64,000 bases of DNA from an uncultured delta proteobacterium (GTDB taxonomy: Bacteria; Desulfobacterota; Desulfobacteria; Desulfobacterales; B30-G6), in NCBI GenBank assembly GCA_963823335.1, contig CAWGLD010000005.1, forward strand, positions 128,001 through 192,000. Direction: 5' to 3'. Shown here piece by piece: positions 39,870 through 49,395 of the stretch. Each line of letters starts with the position of its first letter. Within the stretch, counting starts at the first letter, position 1. A program made the translations under genes and the position numbers. The notes beneath the pieces were generated by a model. That model made no database searches. It was not told where the DNA came from and worked only from the letters and a program-made list of their open reading frames with translations.

Positions 39870-42230
39870 ATGACGCTATCCATTGGCCCAAGGCGCGGAT
39901 TATTTGTCGATATCAGTCAGGATATGGGCGCTGTAAAAAATATTGTTCAAGATGATGAATTGAAGCAATTTGAAAAATTTGATTTAATTTATCGGACATT
40001 GTGTGCCCTCCTATTCAATTATGCTCCCATGTCAGGCCATCCCGGCGGTTCCATATCTTCCGGACGGTTTGTCGCCGGTATTGTTTTCAATTCCATGGAT
40101 TATGATGTCTCGAATCCCGATCGGGAAGAATCGGACCAAATATCCTATGCGGCAGGTCATAAAGCGCTGGGACTCTATGCCATGTGGGCCCTGAGGAATG
40201 AAATCATGCGGATCGGTTCGGCAGGGTTGCTGCCGGGTAATAAAAAATACCAACTCAGATTGGAAGATCTCTTAGGGTTCAGACGGAATCCGATTACAGA
40301 TACACCTTTATTTACAGAATTTAATTCAAAGCCACTGGATGGTCATCCGACCCCGGCAACACCGTTCTTAAAATTATCCACGGGCGCGTCCGGAGTTGGT
40401 ATCGCTACATCTCTCGGACTGGCATTCGGGGCTCTGGATTATTATGGATCTGACTCGCCGAAAGTCCATATCATCGAAGGCGAAGGCGGTCTTACTCCTG
40501 GACGTGCCGCGGAAGCTTTTGCAGCGGCAGGAACGGCGTCCCTTAAAAATGCGGTTGTCCACCTTGACTGGAATCAATCATCCATCGACTCGGACCGGGT
40601 ATGCAGAAATGGTGATGACCCGGGGGACTATGTTCAGTGGAACCCGCTCGAATTCGGGTATTTGCATGACTGGAATGTCATTTTTGTTCCTGACGGTAAG
40701 GATATTGTCCAGATCATGGCCGCTCAGAATCAGGCCTTGAAAATGGGAAATGACCAACCCACACTGATTGTCTATCGTACAATCAAAGGTTGGCAGTATG
40801 GAATGGAAGGAAGACAGTCCCATGGGGCCGGGCACAAACTTTGCAGCGATCCTTTCTATGATGCACTCAATCCTCTTATGGCTGAGAATGGTCTTGAATT
40901 AAATAAATGTGATCCTGAAGACCAGCGATGCAATAAAGGGAAGGATAAAGTCATCCTGGAATCCTGTTTTTGGGATGCTTTACTATCTATTCGAAACGTG
41001 CTGGAGAACGATGCGGACCTGATCAGTCTGTTGGAACAAAAACTGGTTCAGGCAAAAACAAGATTGGGAAAAAGGAATCGAAAACCGAGAGAGAACGCTC
41101 CTGTCGTGGATATGGTTTATAAGACAGCCAAGGAACAAAGCGATATTTTACCGGATGACCTGAAATTGCTCCCCGGAACCGCAACCACACTCAGAGGAGA
41201 ACTGGGACGGGTCCTGCAATATTTAAACAAGGTGAGCAATGGCTCGATTCTGGCTGCTTCTGCCGATCTTATGGGATCCACCAGTGTAGCTAAAGCAGCC
41301 GCAGATTTTCCGGGAGGATATTATCATTCCAAAAACAATCCGGATTCCAGGGCGCTTTCAATAGGGGGGATCTGTGAGGATGCCATGTCCGGAATTCTTA
41401 CCGGTCTTTCCTCTTATGGCCGGCATATTGGTGCTGGATCATCCTATGCCGCATTTTATGCACCATTGGGTCATATCGCCTCAAGACTTCATGCCATCGG
41501 CGGCCAGGCCAGGCAGGCCATAGCAGAAGAACCATTTAAGACATCTTTTTTGATCTGTGCCCACGCAGGTGTCAAAACGGGTGAAGACGGACCCACACAC
41601 GCAGATCCGCAGGCATTGCAGCTTCTCCAGGAGAACTTCCCCTTAGGCACCATGATTACACTGACCCCATGGGATCCGCATGAAATGTGGCCCCTGGTAG
41701 CCACGGCTCTCAGCAAACGGCCGGCAATCATCGCCCCTTTTGTGACCAGACCGACTGAAACCATTTTGGACCGTGATGCCCTGGGTCTGCCGCCGGTAAG
41801 CAGTGCGGCCAAAGGGCTTTACCTTTTGCGAAAACTGAAAGGAAAAAGCGATGGTACCATCGTACTCCAGGGAAGTGAGGTGGCCTATGCTTTCATAGGG
41901 GAGGCTATGCCTCTCCTGGACAAGGAAGGTATTGAACTGAATGTATATTATATCGCCAGTGCCGAGCTTTTCGATCTTTTGCCAAAAGCTGAACAGGAAA
42001 AAATATTTCCCGAAGAACACGCCATGGAAGCTATGGGGATCAGTGGTTTTACCTTAGCGACCATGTATCGCTGGATCCGTTCAGATTTCGGAAGACAGAT
42101 GACACTACATCCATTTCAGAAAAACCATTATCTGGGAAGCGGTCAGGCAGAGATGGTACTAAAGGAAGCAGGTCTCGATGGCAAGAGCCAATTTAAGCGG
42201 ATCGTTCAATATGTCAAAGAAAGAAAATGA
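39870..42230 (+). CDS. Transketolase-like ThDP enzyme (divergent, 786 aa)
   Basis: SGHPGGS, GHK, DGHP, TIKG..HG, ADL, GEDGPTH; the ThDP motif reads GEG rather than GDG. Confidence 0.8.
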   Translation: MTLSIGPRRGLFVDISQDMGAVKNIVQDDELKQFEKFDLIYRTLCALLFNYAPMSGHPGGSISSGRFVAGIVFNSMDYDVSNPDREESDQISYAAGHKALGLYAMWALRNEIMRIGSAGLLPGNKKYQLRLEDLLGFRRNPITDTPLFTEFNSKPLDGHPTPATPFLKLSTGASGVGIATSLGLAFGALDYYGSDSPKVHIIEGEGGLTPGRAAEAFAAAGTASLKNAVVHLDWNQSSIDSDRVCRNGDDPGDYVQWNPLEFGYLHDWNVIFVPDGKDIVQIMAAQNQALKMGNDQPTLIVYRTIKGWQYGMEGRQSHGAGHKLCSDPFYDALNPLMAENGLELNKCDPEDQRCNKGKDKVILESCFWDALLSIRNVLENDADLISLLEQKLVQAKTRLGKRNRKPRENAPVVDMVYKTAKEQSDILPDDLKLLPGTATTLRGELGRVLQYLNKVSNGSILAASADLMGSTSVAKAAADFPGGYYHSKNNPDSRALSIGGICEDAMSGILTGLSSYGRHIGAGSSYAAFYAPLGHIASRLHAIGGQARQAIAEEPFKTSFLICAHAGVKTGEDGPTHADPQALQLLQENFPLGTMITLTPWDPHEMWPLVATALSKRPAIIAPFVTRPTETILDRDALGLPPVSSAAKGLYLLRKLKGKSDGTIVLQGSEVAYAFIGEAMPLLDKEGIELNVYYIASAELFDLLPKAEQEKIFPEEHAMEAMGISGFTLATMYRWIRSDFGRQMTLHPFQKNHYLGSGQAEMVLKEAGLDGKSQFKRIVQYVKERK

Positions 42231-42295
42231 TATTTTTTAAATTTGTAAACGGTCTTTCAAAGAATCGATAAACAATCGGTTAGCGGAGGGAATAT

Positions 42296-43489
42296 ATGCG
42301 AATAGCAAAACGTATCGATCGATTGGGGACGGAGACAGCCTTTGCAGTTTCAGCCGAAGCCGCGGCATTTGCCAACGAGGGCAATAAGGTATACCCGTTT
42401 CATCTGGGTGACATCAATATCAAAACCCCGGCCAATGTAATGGAAGCGGCCATCAAAGCCATGAAAGACGGAAAGACCGGATACTGCCCCAATGTGGGTA
42501 TCCCCCAATTGAGAGAGCTTCTGGCAGAAGATATCAACAGGTCCCGCAATACCTTGTATAAGATCGAGAATGTCGCGATCCAACCCGGGGGCAAACCGAC
42601 CATTGGCAAATTCATTCAGACCTTGATGAATCCGGGAGACGAGGTCCTTTATCCCAATCCCGGGTATCCCATCTACGAATCTCAGATTGAGTTCCATGGA
42701 GGCGTGGCCCTGCCATACGGATTTATAGAGGGAGAAGAAAATTTCGAACTGGATATGGCGTCCATCGAGCGTCAAATCACACCCAGGACAAGGCTGTTGA
42801 TTTTGAACGATCTTCAGAATCCGACCGGTGCCGAGTGCCAGCATTTTGAGTATGAAAAGCTGGCGGAACTGGTACTGAAACACGATCTGCATGTCCTTTG
42901 TGATGAAGCGTATTTCGATATCCGGTACCAGGGGGAAAGTGCATCTTTTACCAGCATGCCGGAAATGGTAGATCGGTGTGTCATACTCTATACCTTTTCA
43001 AAAAAATTCGCCATGACAGGCTGGCGTCTGGGAGCTGTTGTAGGCCCGAGTGAGATCATCGACGTGATTGCAAAATTGAATGTAAATGACGAGTCGTGTT
43101 CAAACCATTTTATCCAGTATGGCGCAATAGAAGGATTGACAGGAGACCAGACCGAACCCAGAAAGATTCTTGAAATTCTGAAAGAAAGGAGAGACGTGGC
43201 TGTCGAAATTCTGAATTCAATAGAGGGGATCAGGTGTTACAGACCGAATGCCACCTTCTACCTGTTTCCAAATGTGACAGGAGCAATGAAGAAAAAAAAG
43301 ATTTTGGATTACGACACATTCCGCAAGGATGCACTCCATAAAACAGGGGTCTCTTTTTGCACCCGCCTCCATTTTGGCCGTCCCATGGAAGAAGAGAAAA
43401 ATATGTATATCAGGCTCGCATATTCCGGGATAGACACTCCCCAGATAAAGGAAGGACTGAATTTATTTAAAACGTATATCGAAGCCTAG
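42296..43489 (+). CDS. PLP-dependent aminotransferase class I/II (AspC-like)
   Basis: GIPQLRE, NPGYPIY, NPTG, DEAY, FSKKFAMTGWRLG, IRLAYS. Confidence 0.92.
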   Translation: MRIAKRIDRLGTETAFAVSAEAAAFANEGNKVYPFHLGDINIKTPANVMEAAIKAMKDGKTGYCPNVGIPQLRELLAEDINRSRNTLYKIENVAIQPGGKPTIGKFIQTLMNPGDEVLYPNPGYPIYESQIEFHGGVALPYGFIEGEENFELDMASIERQITPRTRLLILNDLQNPTGAECQHFEYEKLAELVLKHDLHVLCDEAYFDIRYQGESASFTSMPEMVDRCVILYTFSKKFAMTGWRLGAVVGPSEIIDVIAKLNVNDESCSNHFIQYGAIEGLTGDQTEPRKILEILKERRDVAVEILNSIEGIRCYRPNATFYLFPNVTGAMKKKKILDYDTFRKDALHKTGVSFCTRLHFGRPMEEEKNMYIRLAYSGIDTPQIKEGLNLFKTYIEA

Positions 43490-43705
43490 GTCGGCATTTT
43501 AACAATCATATTCTTTTAGCAGTTCGGCGCATAAAACCCTCAGAATTTCGATTCTTGGAATTCTTTTTCCCAATGTCAGTTGCAATAATCCGCCTATATT
43601 ACCTGTTGACATAATAGTTATTTTAAATCATATTTTCTATTCTGGAAATCTATGGCCGCCGTATTTCTCTGCCCAGAACCCTAATCTTAAAAAAAGGAGA
43701 TCGAC

Positions 43706-44869
43706 ATGAAAAGAGGCGTCTTTTTCATCTTATCATTGGCAATGGTTGTTTTATTGCTTTCACCTGCTGTATGGGCTGCAAACGAGATCAAACTGGGATT
43801 CAATATCCCCCTTACAGGTGACAACCCGGATGTGGGTGGCTCATCTAAAAACGCAGCGGAAATGTTCCTGAAAAACAACCCAACCATCGATGTTGGCGGG
43901 AAAGCGTATACCCTGAAATTCGTCTATGAGGACAACGAGTACAAACCTGAATCAGCTGTTAAAATCAACACCAAGCTGATCACGGAAGAAGGTGTTCTCG
44001 GTATTGTCGGCCCGCAGTCTTCCAGCCAGGCGGTTCCGGCCGGTGAGGTTGCCAACAACATGGCCACCCCCATGATCAGCCCCTGGTCCACCAACCCGAA
44101 CACGACCCTGGATCGGCCTTATGTTTTCCGGGGCTGTTTTCTCGATCCCTTCCAGGGGCCGGTGCTTGCCAATTTCGCCACCGAGGAGCTTGGGGCCAAG
44201 AAAGCGGCCGTTATCTATGATATCGCGGCCGACTATCCCAAAGGGCTGGCTGAAAACTTTAAAGAAGCCTTTGAAAAACTGCATGGGTCCGGCTCCGTGG
44301 TTGCCTTTGAATCCTTCACCACCGGTGACAAAGATTTTTCAGCCCAGATGACCAATATCGTCATGTCCAAGGCCGATGTGCTGTTCGTTCCCCAATATTA
44401 CTCTGAAGTCCCCCTGATCATCCGCTCCGCCAAAGAGATGGGCTGGAAAAAGGATATCCTGGGTGCAGATGCCTGGGGTGGTGGCGACTTGATGGGTCTT
44501 TGCGGCGATGACTGCAAGGGCTTGTTCTTTTCTACGCATTATGCTGCAGCGGGCGCCAAAGGGGCCACCAAGGCGTTTATCGATGCCTACACTGCTGCCT
44601 ATGGGAAAACCCCTGACGATGTTGCCGCCCTGACCTGGGACACCATCGGGGTGATGGTTCAGGCCATCAAGGATACCGGCGGTCTGTCCGGGGACATCAA
44701 GGCCGATCGCATGAAAGTTAAAGATGCCCTGGCCGTTGTTAACAATTTTCCGGGAATTACCGGTGCAATGACATTCACCCCTGATGGTGACCCGAAAAAA
44801 TGTGCCGTGATCGTTCAGATTAACGACGACGGTCAATTTGCCTTTCATAAATCCGTGTGTCCAAAATAA
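43706..44869 (+). CDS. Branched-chain amino acid ABC substrate-binding protein (LivK-like)
   Basis: Signal peptide, PLTG, SPWSTNP, FRGCFLDPFQG, DFSAQMT. Confidence 0.92.
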   Translation: MKRGVFFILSLAMVVLLLSPAVWAANEIKLGFNIPLTGDNPDVGGSSKNAAEMFLKNNPTIDVGGKAYTLKFVYEDNEYKPESAVKINTKLITEEGVLGIVGPQSSSQAVPAGEVANNMATPMISPWSTNPNTTLDRPYVFRGCFLDPFQGPVLANFATEELGAKKAAVIYDIAADYPKGLAENFKEAFEKLHGSGSVVAFESFTTGDKDFSAQMTNIVMSKADVLFVPQYYSEVPLIIRSAKEMGWKKDILGADAWGGGDLMGLCGDDCKGLFFSTHYAAAGAKGATKAFIDAYTAAYGKTPDDVAALTWDTIGVMVQAIKDTGGLSGDIKADRMKVKDALAVVNNFPGITGAMTFTPDGDPKKCAVIVQINDDGQFAFHKSVCPK

Positions 44870-44915
44870 AATCGTTTTACGATTATATTTTCAATGGACT
44901 GGGGATTCATAATTC

Positions 44916-44948
44916 ATTCACCCACCGTGCACAGGCACGGTGGGTGAA
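44916..44948 (+). other. Intercistronic stem-loop after the SBP gene
   Basis: TTCACCCACCGTGC-ACAG-GCACGGTGGGTGAA, perfect 14-bp stem. Confidence 0.75.
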
Positions 44949-45112
44949 CCTATTATCAGCCCGCACCCGTGGTTTTCATAAAGGCTGTATCCACATTATA
45001 CCCGAGTGTTTCAACTGGGCTTGGATTCGTGTTGTGCAGTCGGATAAAAGCAGCTCGGATTTCGCAGGAAAACCAATGCTTGTGTGCGGTTTTTTATCTG
45101 GGAGAGCACCGC

Positions 45113-46078
45113 ATGACCTTTAATTTTATCATGCAGAACCTCATCAATGCTTTGCAGTGGGGGAGTTTTTACGCCCTCATCGCTTTAGGCTACTCCATGG
45201 TTTACAGTATTCTCATGCTGTTCAACTTTGCCCATGGGGACATTTTTATGGTGGGCGCCTATATCGGTTTAGGTGTTGCAACCGGCCTGCTTGCATTGGC
45301 GGGAACCGGGGCCGCCGCTGTTTTGCCGGGGTGGTTTATTCTGGTGTTGACGATTCTGATATCCATGTTCCTGACCGGTTTTGTGGGCATCATCGTGGAA
45401 AGGGTAGGGTACCGCCCCCTGCGGGATGCCCCGCGTGCTTCTGCCGCCATCACCGGTCTGATGATCGGGATCATTCTGGAAACATCCAACATCCTTTTTC
45501 TGGGAGGATCGCGGCTGAAATTTCCACAGCTCATTCAATCGACCACCTACAATATCGGTGGTGTCTTTGTAACCAATAAAAAAATAATGATCGTACTGGT
45601 TTCCTTGGGATTGATGCTGGCTCTGCACCAGTTCGTGACCCGTACCAAGTACGGCATGGCCATGCGCGCCATGGCATATGATTATCTTGTCATTCCCCTG
45701 ATGGGCGTGTCCATAAATCGAGTAGCCGCCATGACATTTGCCATCGGGTCTGCACTGGCCGCAGCAGCGGGGATTCTGTTCGGGTTGGCATACCCGGTTC
45801 TCGATCCATACATGGGCGTCAGTTTTGGCTGGAAAGCATTTGTAGCGGCAATCCTGGGGGGGCGCGGTTCGATTATGGGAGCCTGTATTGCCGGTTTTAT
45901 GCTCGGATTTATCGAAATCATGACGGTGCCTGCGATCCAGATCGTCAACCGATTGTTTGATTTTAATATCGGCTCTAATCTGCGCGATCTAATTGCCTAT
46001 TCCATCGTGCTGTTGATTCTCATATTCAAACCCCATGGATTGTTCGGCGAAGCGTACAGCGCAAAACTGCGATTGTAA
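45113..46078 (+). CDS. Liv-type ABC permease (LivH-like)
   Basis: YALIALGYSMVY..FNFAHG, KAFVAAILGG, KPHGLFG; start after RBS GGAG. Confidence 0.92.
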   Translation: MTFNFIMQNLINALQWGSFYALIALGYSMVYSILMLFNFAHGDIFMVGAYIGLGVATGLLALAGTGAAAVLPGWFILVLTILISMFLTGFVGIIVERVGYRPLRDAPRASAAITGLMIGIILETSNILFLGGSRLKFPQLIQSTTYNIGGVFVTNKKIMIVLVSLGLMLALHQFVTRTKYGMAMRAMAYDYLVIPLMGVSINRVAAMTFAIGSALAAAAGILFGLAYPVLDPYMGVSFGWKAFVAAILGGRGSIMGACIAGFMLGFIEIMTVPAIQIVNRLFDFNIGSNLRDLIAYSIVLLILIFKPHGLFGEAYSAKLRL

Positions 46079-46151
46079 AATGACACTTATTGTAATTTTT
46101 ATGCAATGTGTGAGTAAAAATTCTCGATTTCTAAGAGATTTGATCCAAATG

Positions 46152-46278
46152 AAGGGTTCAAGGAGTCAAGGGTTCGAGGGGTCAAGGTGGATGCTTAGAG
46201 GCAATAAGCAGTTAACTGTTTGACAAAGTATTGCCCTTGGACCCTCGAATCCTCGAACCCGCGGACCCTGGTCCCTTC
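46152..46278. repeat. Inverted 8-mer arrays flanking a short relic of a probable four-helix-bundle gene
   Basis: AGGGTTCA AGGAGTCA AGGGTTCG AGGGGTCA, then ATG(46191) MLRGNKQLTV*Q, then CCCTTGGA CCCTCGAA TCCTCGAA CCCGCGGA. Confidence 0.75.
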
Positions 46279-46344
46279 AATCGGGAGAAGAACCATCTTC
46301 ATTGATTCCGTTTTGTCGGAAATAGTAAATTAAGGATTTTATTC

Positions 46345-47689
46345 ATGGCCGCTACAACACAATCGAAACAACAAACGGGCGTAAGGGGAAGTATCCGCCG
46401 TTTTTTTGAGGGCGCCCCCCTGCTGGCAATCTTGTTGGGATTTCTGGCCTGCACACTTTGGGAAAGGATAATCGGTGAGGTGCTGGCATCTGTCTTGCTA
46501 CTGCCTAAAATGCCCATCCTTTTCGGTCTCGTGACCATGTTCAAGGTGATCGCCGGGATGATCAACCTGGTTCTCAAGGACACGCCCTTTGCGTTCAATA
46601 CACTGCTGCATATCCCCATGGCCCTGCTCTACTTTATTTTCGTCTATACGCTGCCATTTGCTATCGTTGTCCGACTGACGGCCCGACCGGCCAATGCCAT
46701 TGCCCGCTCTTTGCAGCAATTGCCTCTAATCATCACCGCCCTGGTTCATCTTGGATTTCTTTATGCCATATTTCACTTCTGGGCTGAAATGAGTGATTAT
46801 CGATTGATTTCTCTGAAGCTGACCCTCATCGCGGTGCTGCTGACCCTCAGTCTGAACATTATCAATGGTTATATGGGGGAATTTTCATGCTCTCATCCCG
46901 GTTTTATGGGCATTGGAGCTTATATGTCCTCGCTCTTCACGGTGGGTCTGTTTGTCAACGACAAGGTTCTGGGAGACGCCTTGCTGGGAATTCCCATGGC
47001 GTATCTGACCTTCCCGTTCGCACTGATTTTCGGTGGATTGTGTGCGTCTGTGTGTGCTTTGATCGTGGCCATTCCGTCATTCAGGACCCGGGGTGACTAT
47101 CTGGCGATTATCAGTCTGGCATTTCTATTTATCGTCAAGAGCTTCTTTGAAAATATGCAGATCCCTGGGTGGTGCCAGGGGTATTATGGGACAACCGGAC
47201 TGGGCGACCCTGCCGGTCATTTTCATCGTGGTGATCATCGGTATATGGGCCATCAATAATTTTGTCACTTCAACTCTCGGCAAGGCCTTGAACGCCGTAC
47301 GGGATGATGAGATGGCTGCCGATGCCATGACCGTGGATACCCGCAAAACCAAAATGGTCGCGTTTCTTTTCGGTGCTTTCTGGGCAGGTCTGGCAGGGGG
47401 CCTGTTGGCTCACGTGCTGCGGTTTATCAACCCGGCCATGTTCGGCATTCAAAAATTGGCTGAAGTTCTGGCAATGGTATACTTCGGCGGACTCAACTCC
47501 GTATATGGCTCCATCGTGGGGGCCGTCTCCATCAGTCTTCTGGGAGAAGTGCTGCGGCCGCTGGAAATATTGAAATGGATTTTTATACCCCTGCTGCTCA
47601 TTCTGGTGATGATCTACAGACCTACCGGTCTGGTTGCATTCAAGGAACTCAATGTACGCACAGTGTTCGGCCCCAAGGAGGAGACGTAA
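46345..47689 (+). CDS. Liv-type ABC permease (LivM-like, N-terminal extension); apparent +1 frameshift near 47164
   Basis: SLNIINGYMGEFS, RTRGDYLAI; joins as ...MQI/LGGARG...; AVRDDE; YRPTGL. Confidence 0.85.
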
Positions 47690-47690
47690 G

Positions 47691-48465
47691 ATGCCGCTTC
47701 TCGAAGTCATTCAAATGAGTCATAATTTTGGCGGTCTTCAAGCCGTGTCCAACTATAATCTGCAATTGGACCCCGGTCAGATTAAAGGTCTGATCGGCCC
47801 CAATGGTGCAGGCAAAACAACCATATTCAACCTGCTCACCGGTATTTATCAACCGGCAGAAGGTGAAGTTCGACTGAACGGTACCAATCTTGTGGGGCAA
47901 CGGCCAAACCAGATCGCAGCACTGGGCATCGGGCGCACGTTTCAGGAGATGCGTCTGTGGCGGCACATGTCTGTGTTGGAGCATGTGAAAATGGCGCGTT
48001 ATTCAAAGCTCACCTATGGGCTTTTCGGTGCTTTCCTGGACAGCCCCAGACGACGTCACGAAGAAAAGGAGTCCACTGCCAAGGCCATGGATTACCTGGA
48101 ACTGTTCGGTGTAGACCAGTTTGCAGACCAGCTGGTGACCAATTTGCCTTATGGTGCCCAGCGGCGGGTTGAAATGGCCCGCGCCCTGGCCACGGAGCCC
48201 AAGGTGCTGCTGCTCGATGAGCCGACCGTCGGTATGACCCCCGAAGAACTGATGGACATGATTCTGGTGGTGCGCAAGGCGCATGAGCGATTCAATCTGG
48301 CAATTTTTCTGATCGAACATCGATCTACGGGTGGTGCGGGAGTTGTGCCAGAACGTCCAGACGCTGGTATTCGGTGAGGTGATTGTTGAAGGAACGCCGG
48401 AGGAAGTGCAGAATAACCCCAAGGTCATCGAGGCCTATATCGGCGATAAGGAGATAGACTTCTAA
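47691..48465 (+). CDS. Liv-type ABC ATP-binding protein (LivG-like); apparent +1 frameshift near 48324
   Basis: GPNGAGKT, LPYGAQRR, LLDEP; joins as ...IEHR/LRVVRELC...VIEAYIG; stop TAA overlaps the next ATG. Confidence 0.85.
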
Positions 48466-49182
48466 TGCTGTTAGATGTAAAAAACCTCCAGGTTGCATAT
48501 GGCAAAATCAAAGCCCTGCACGGCATTGATTTCCATATAAACGACGGCGAGATCGTGACGATCATCGGCGCCAATGGCGCCGGGAAAAGCTCCACCCTGC
48601 GCGCCATCTCACGACTGGTTCCATCAGGGGCCGACACGGAAATGACGTTTTCCGGTGAAGATCTGTTGAAATACCCTCCCGAAAAAGTTGTCAGCAAGCT
48701 GGGTATTACCCACGTGCCGGAAGGCCGACGGCTGTTCGGTAATTTGACCGTTCTTGAAAATCTGCAACTGGCAGCTTTTGCACGCAAGGACAAGGACGGT
48801 ATCCAGCGTGACATCGAGCGAGTCTTTGCTATTTTCTCGCGGCTCGAGGAACGCAAGACCCAAAAAGCGGGTACCATGTCCGGCGGTGAACAGCAAATGC
48901 TGGCCGTGGGCCGTGCTTTCTGTTGCAGGGCGCCGCCTGATGCTTCTGGACGAACCCTCCATGGGGCTGTCGCCGCTGTTGATGAAACGCGTATTTCACT
49001 CTTTGAAAGAAATCAACCAGTCAGAGGGAACGGCCATCCTGCTGGTGGAGCAGAATGCCCGTCTGGCATTAAAATTTGCCAAGCGTGGCTATGTCCTGGA
49101 AAATGGCAACATGGTGCTTCATGGCCCTTCAGAAGAACTGCTGGATAACGAAGAGGTGAAGAAAGCTTACCTGGGCGGTTAG
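48465..49182 (+). CDS. Liv-type ABC ATP-binding protein (LivF-like); apparent +1 frameshift near 48921
   Basis: GANGAGKS, VPEGRR, MSGGEQQMLA; joins as ...GRAF/VAGRRLMLLDEPSMG... Confidence 0.85.
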
Positions 49183-49395
49183 CCTTTTATGAACAATAGG
49201 GGACGTCCTTGACTAATTAGACAAATTAGCTCCTTTTCTTTTACACTCACCGGTGGTTGTAGACCTGTAAATCAACCGGCATACCGCCACCTCCATTGGC
49301 AGCCATCGATAAACAATTCGGCTACGTAAGTTTTTCGTGATCTTGTTGAGAGATTCTTAAATCCTTTTTCAAGAGGTCAATAAGGATAAACATCT

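Noticed and set aside
7584-46278. Short periodic repeats as CRISPR arrays
   Set aside because: Units are 7-9 bp, arranged as inverted arrays, with no unique spacers and no cas genes.
26765-49182. Calling the split genes pseudogenes or programmed frameshifts
   Set aside because: The uniform single-base pattern, intact motifs and lack of shared slippery sites favour sequencing error; decay cannot be fully excluded.
49195-49230. AATAGGGGACGTCCTTGACTAAT as a RAYT-associated flank
   Set aside because: Single copy with no partner arm or transposase in the window; too weak to call.
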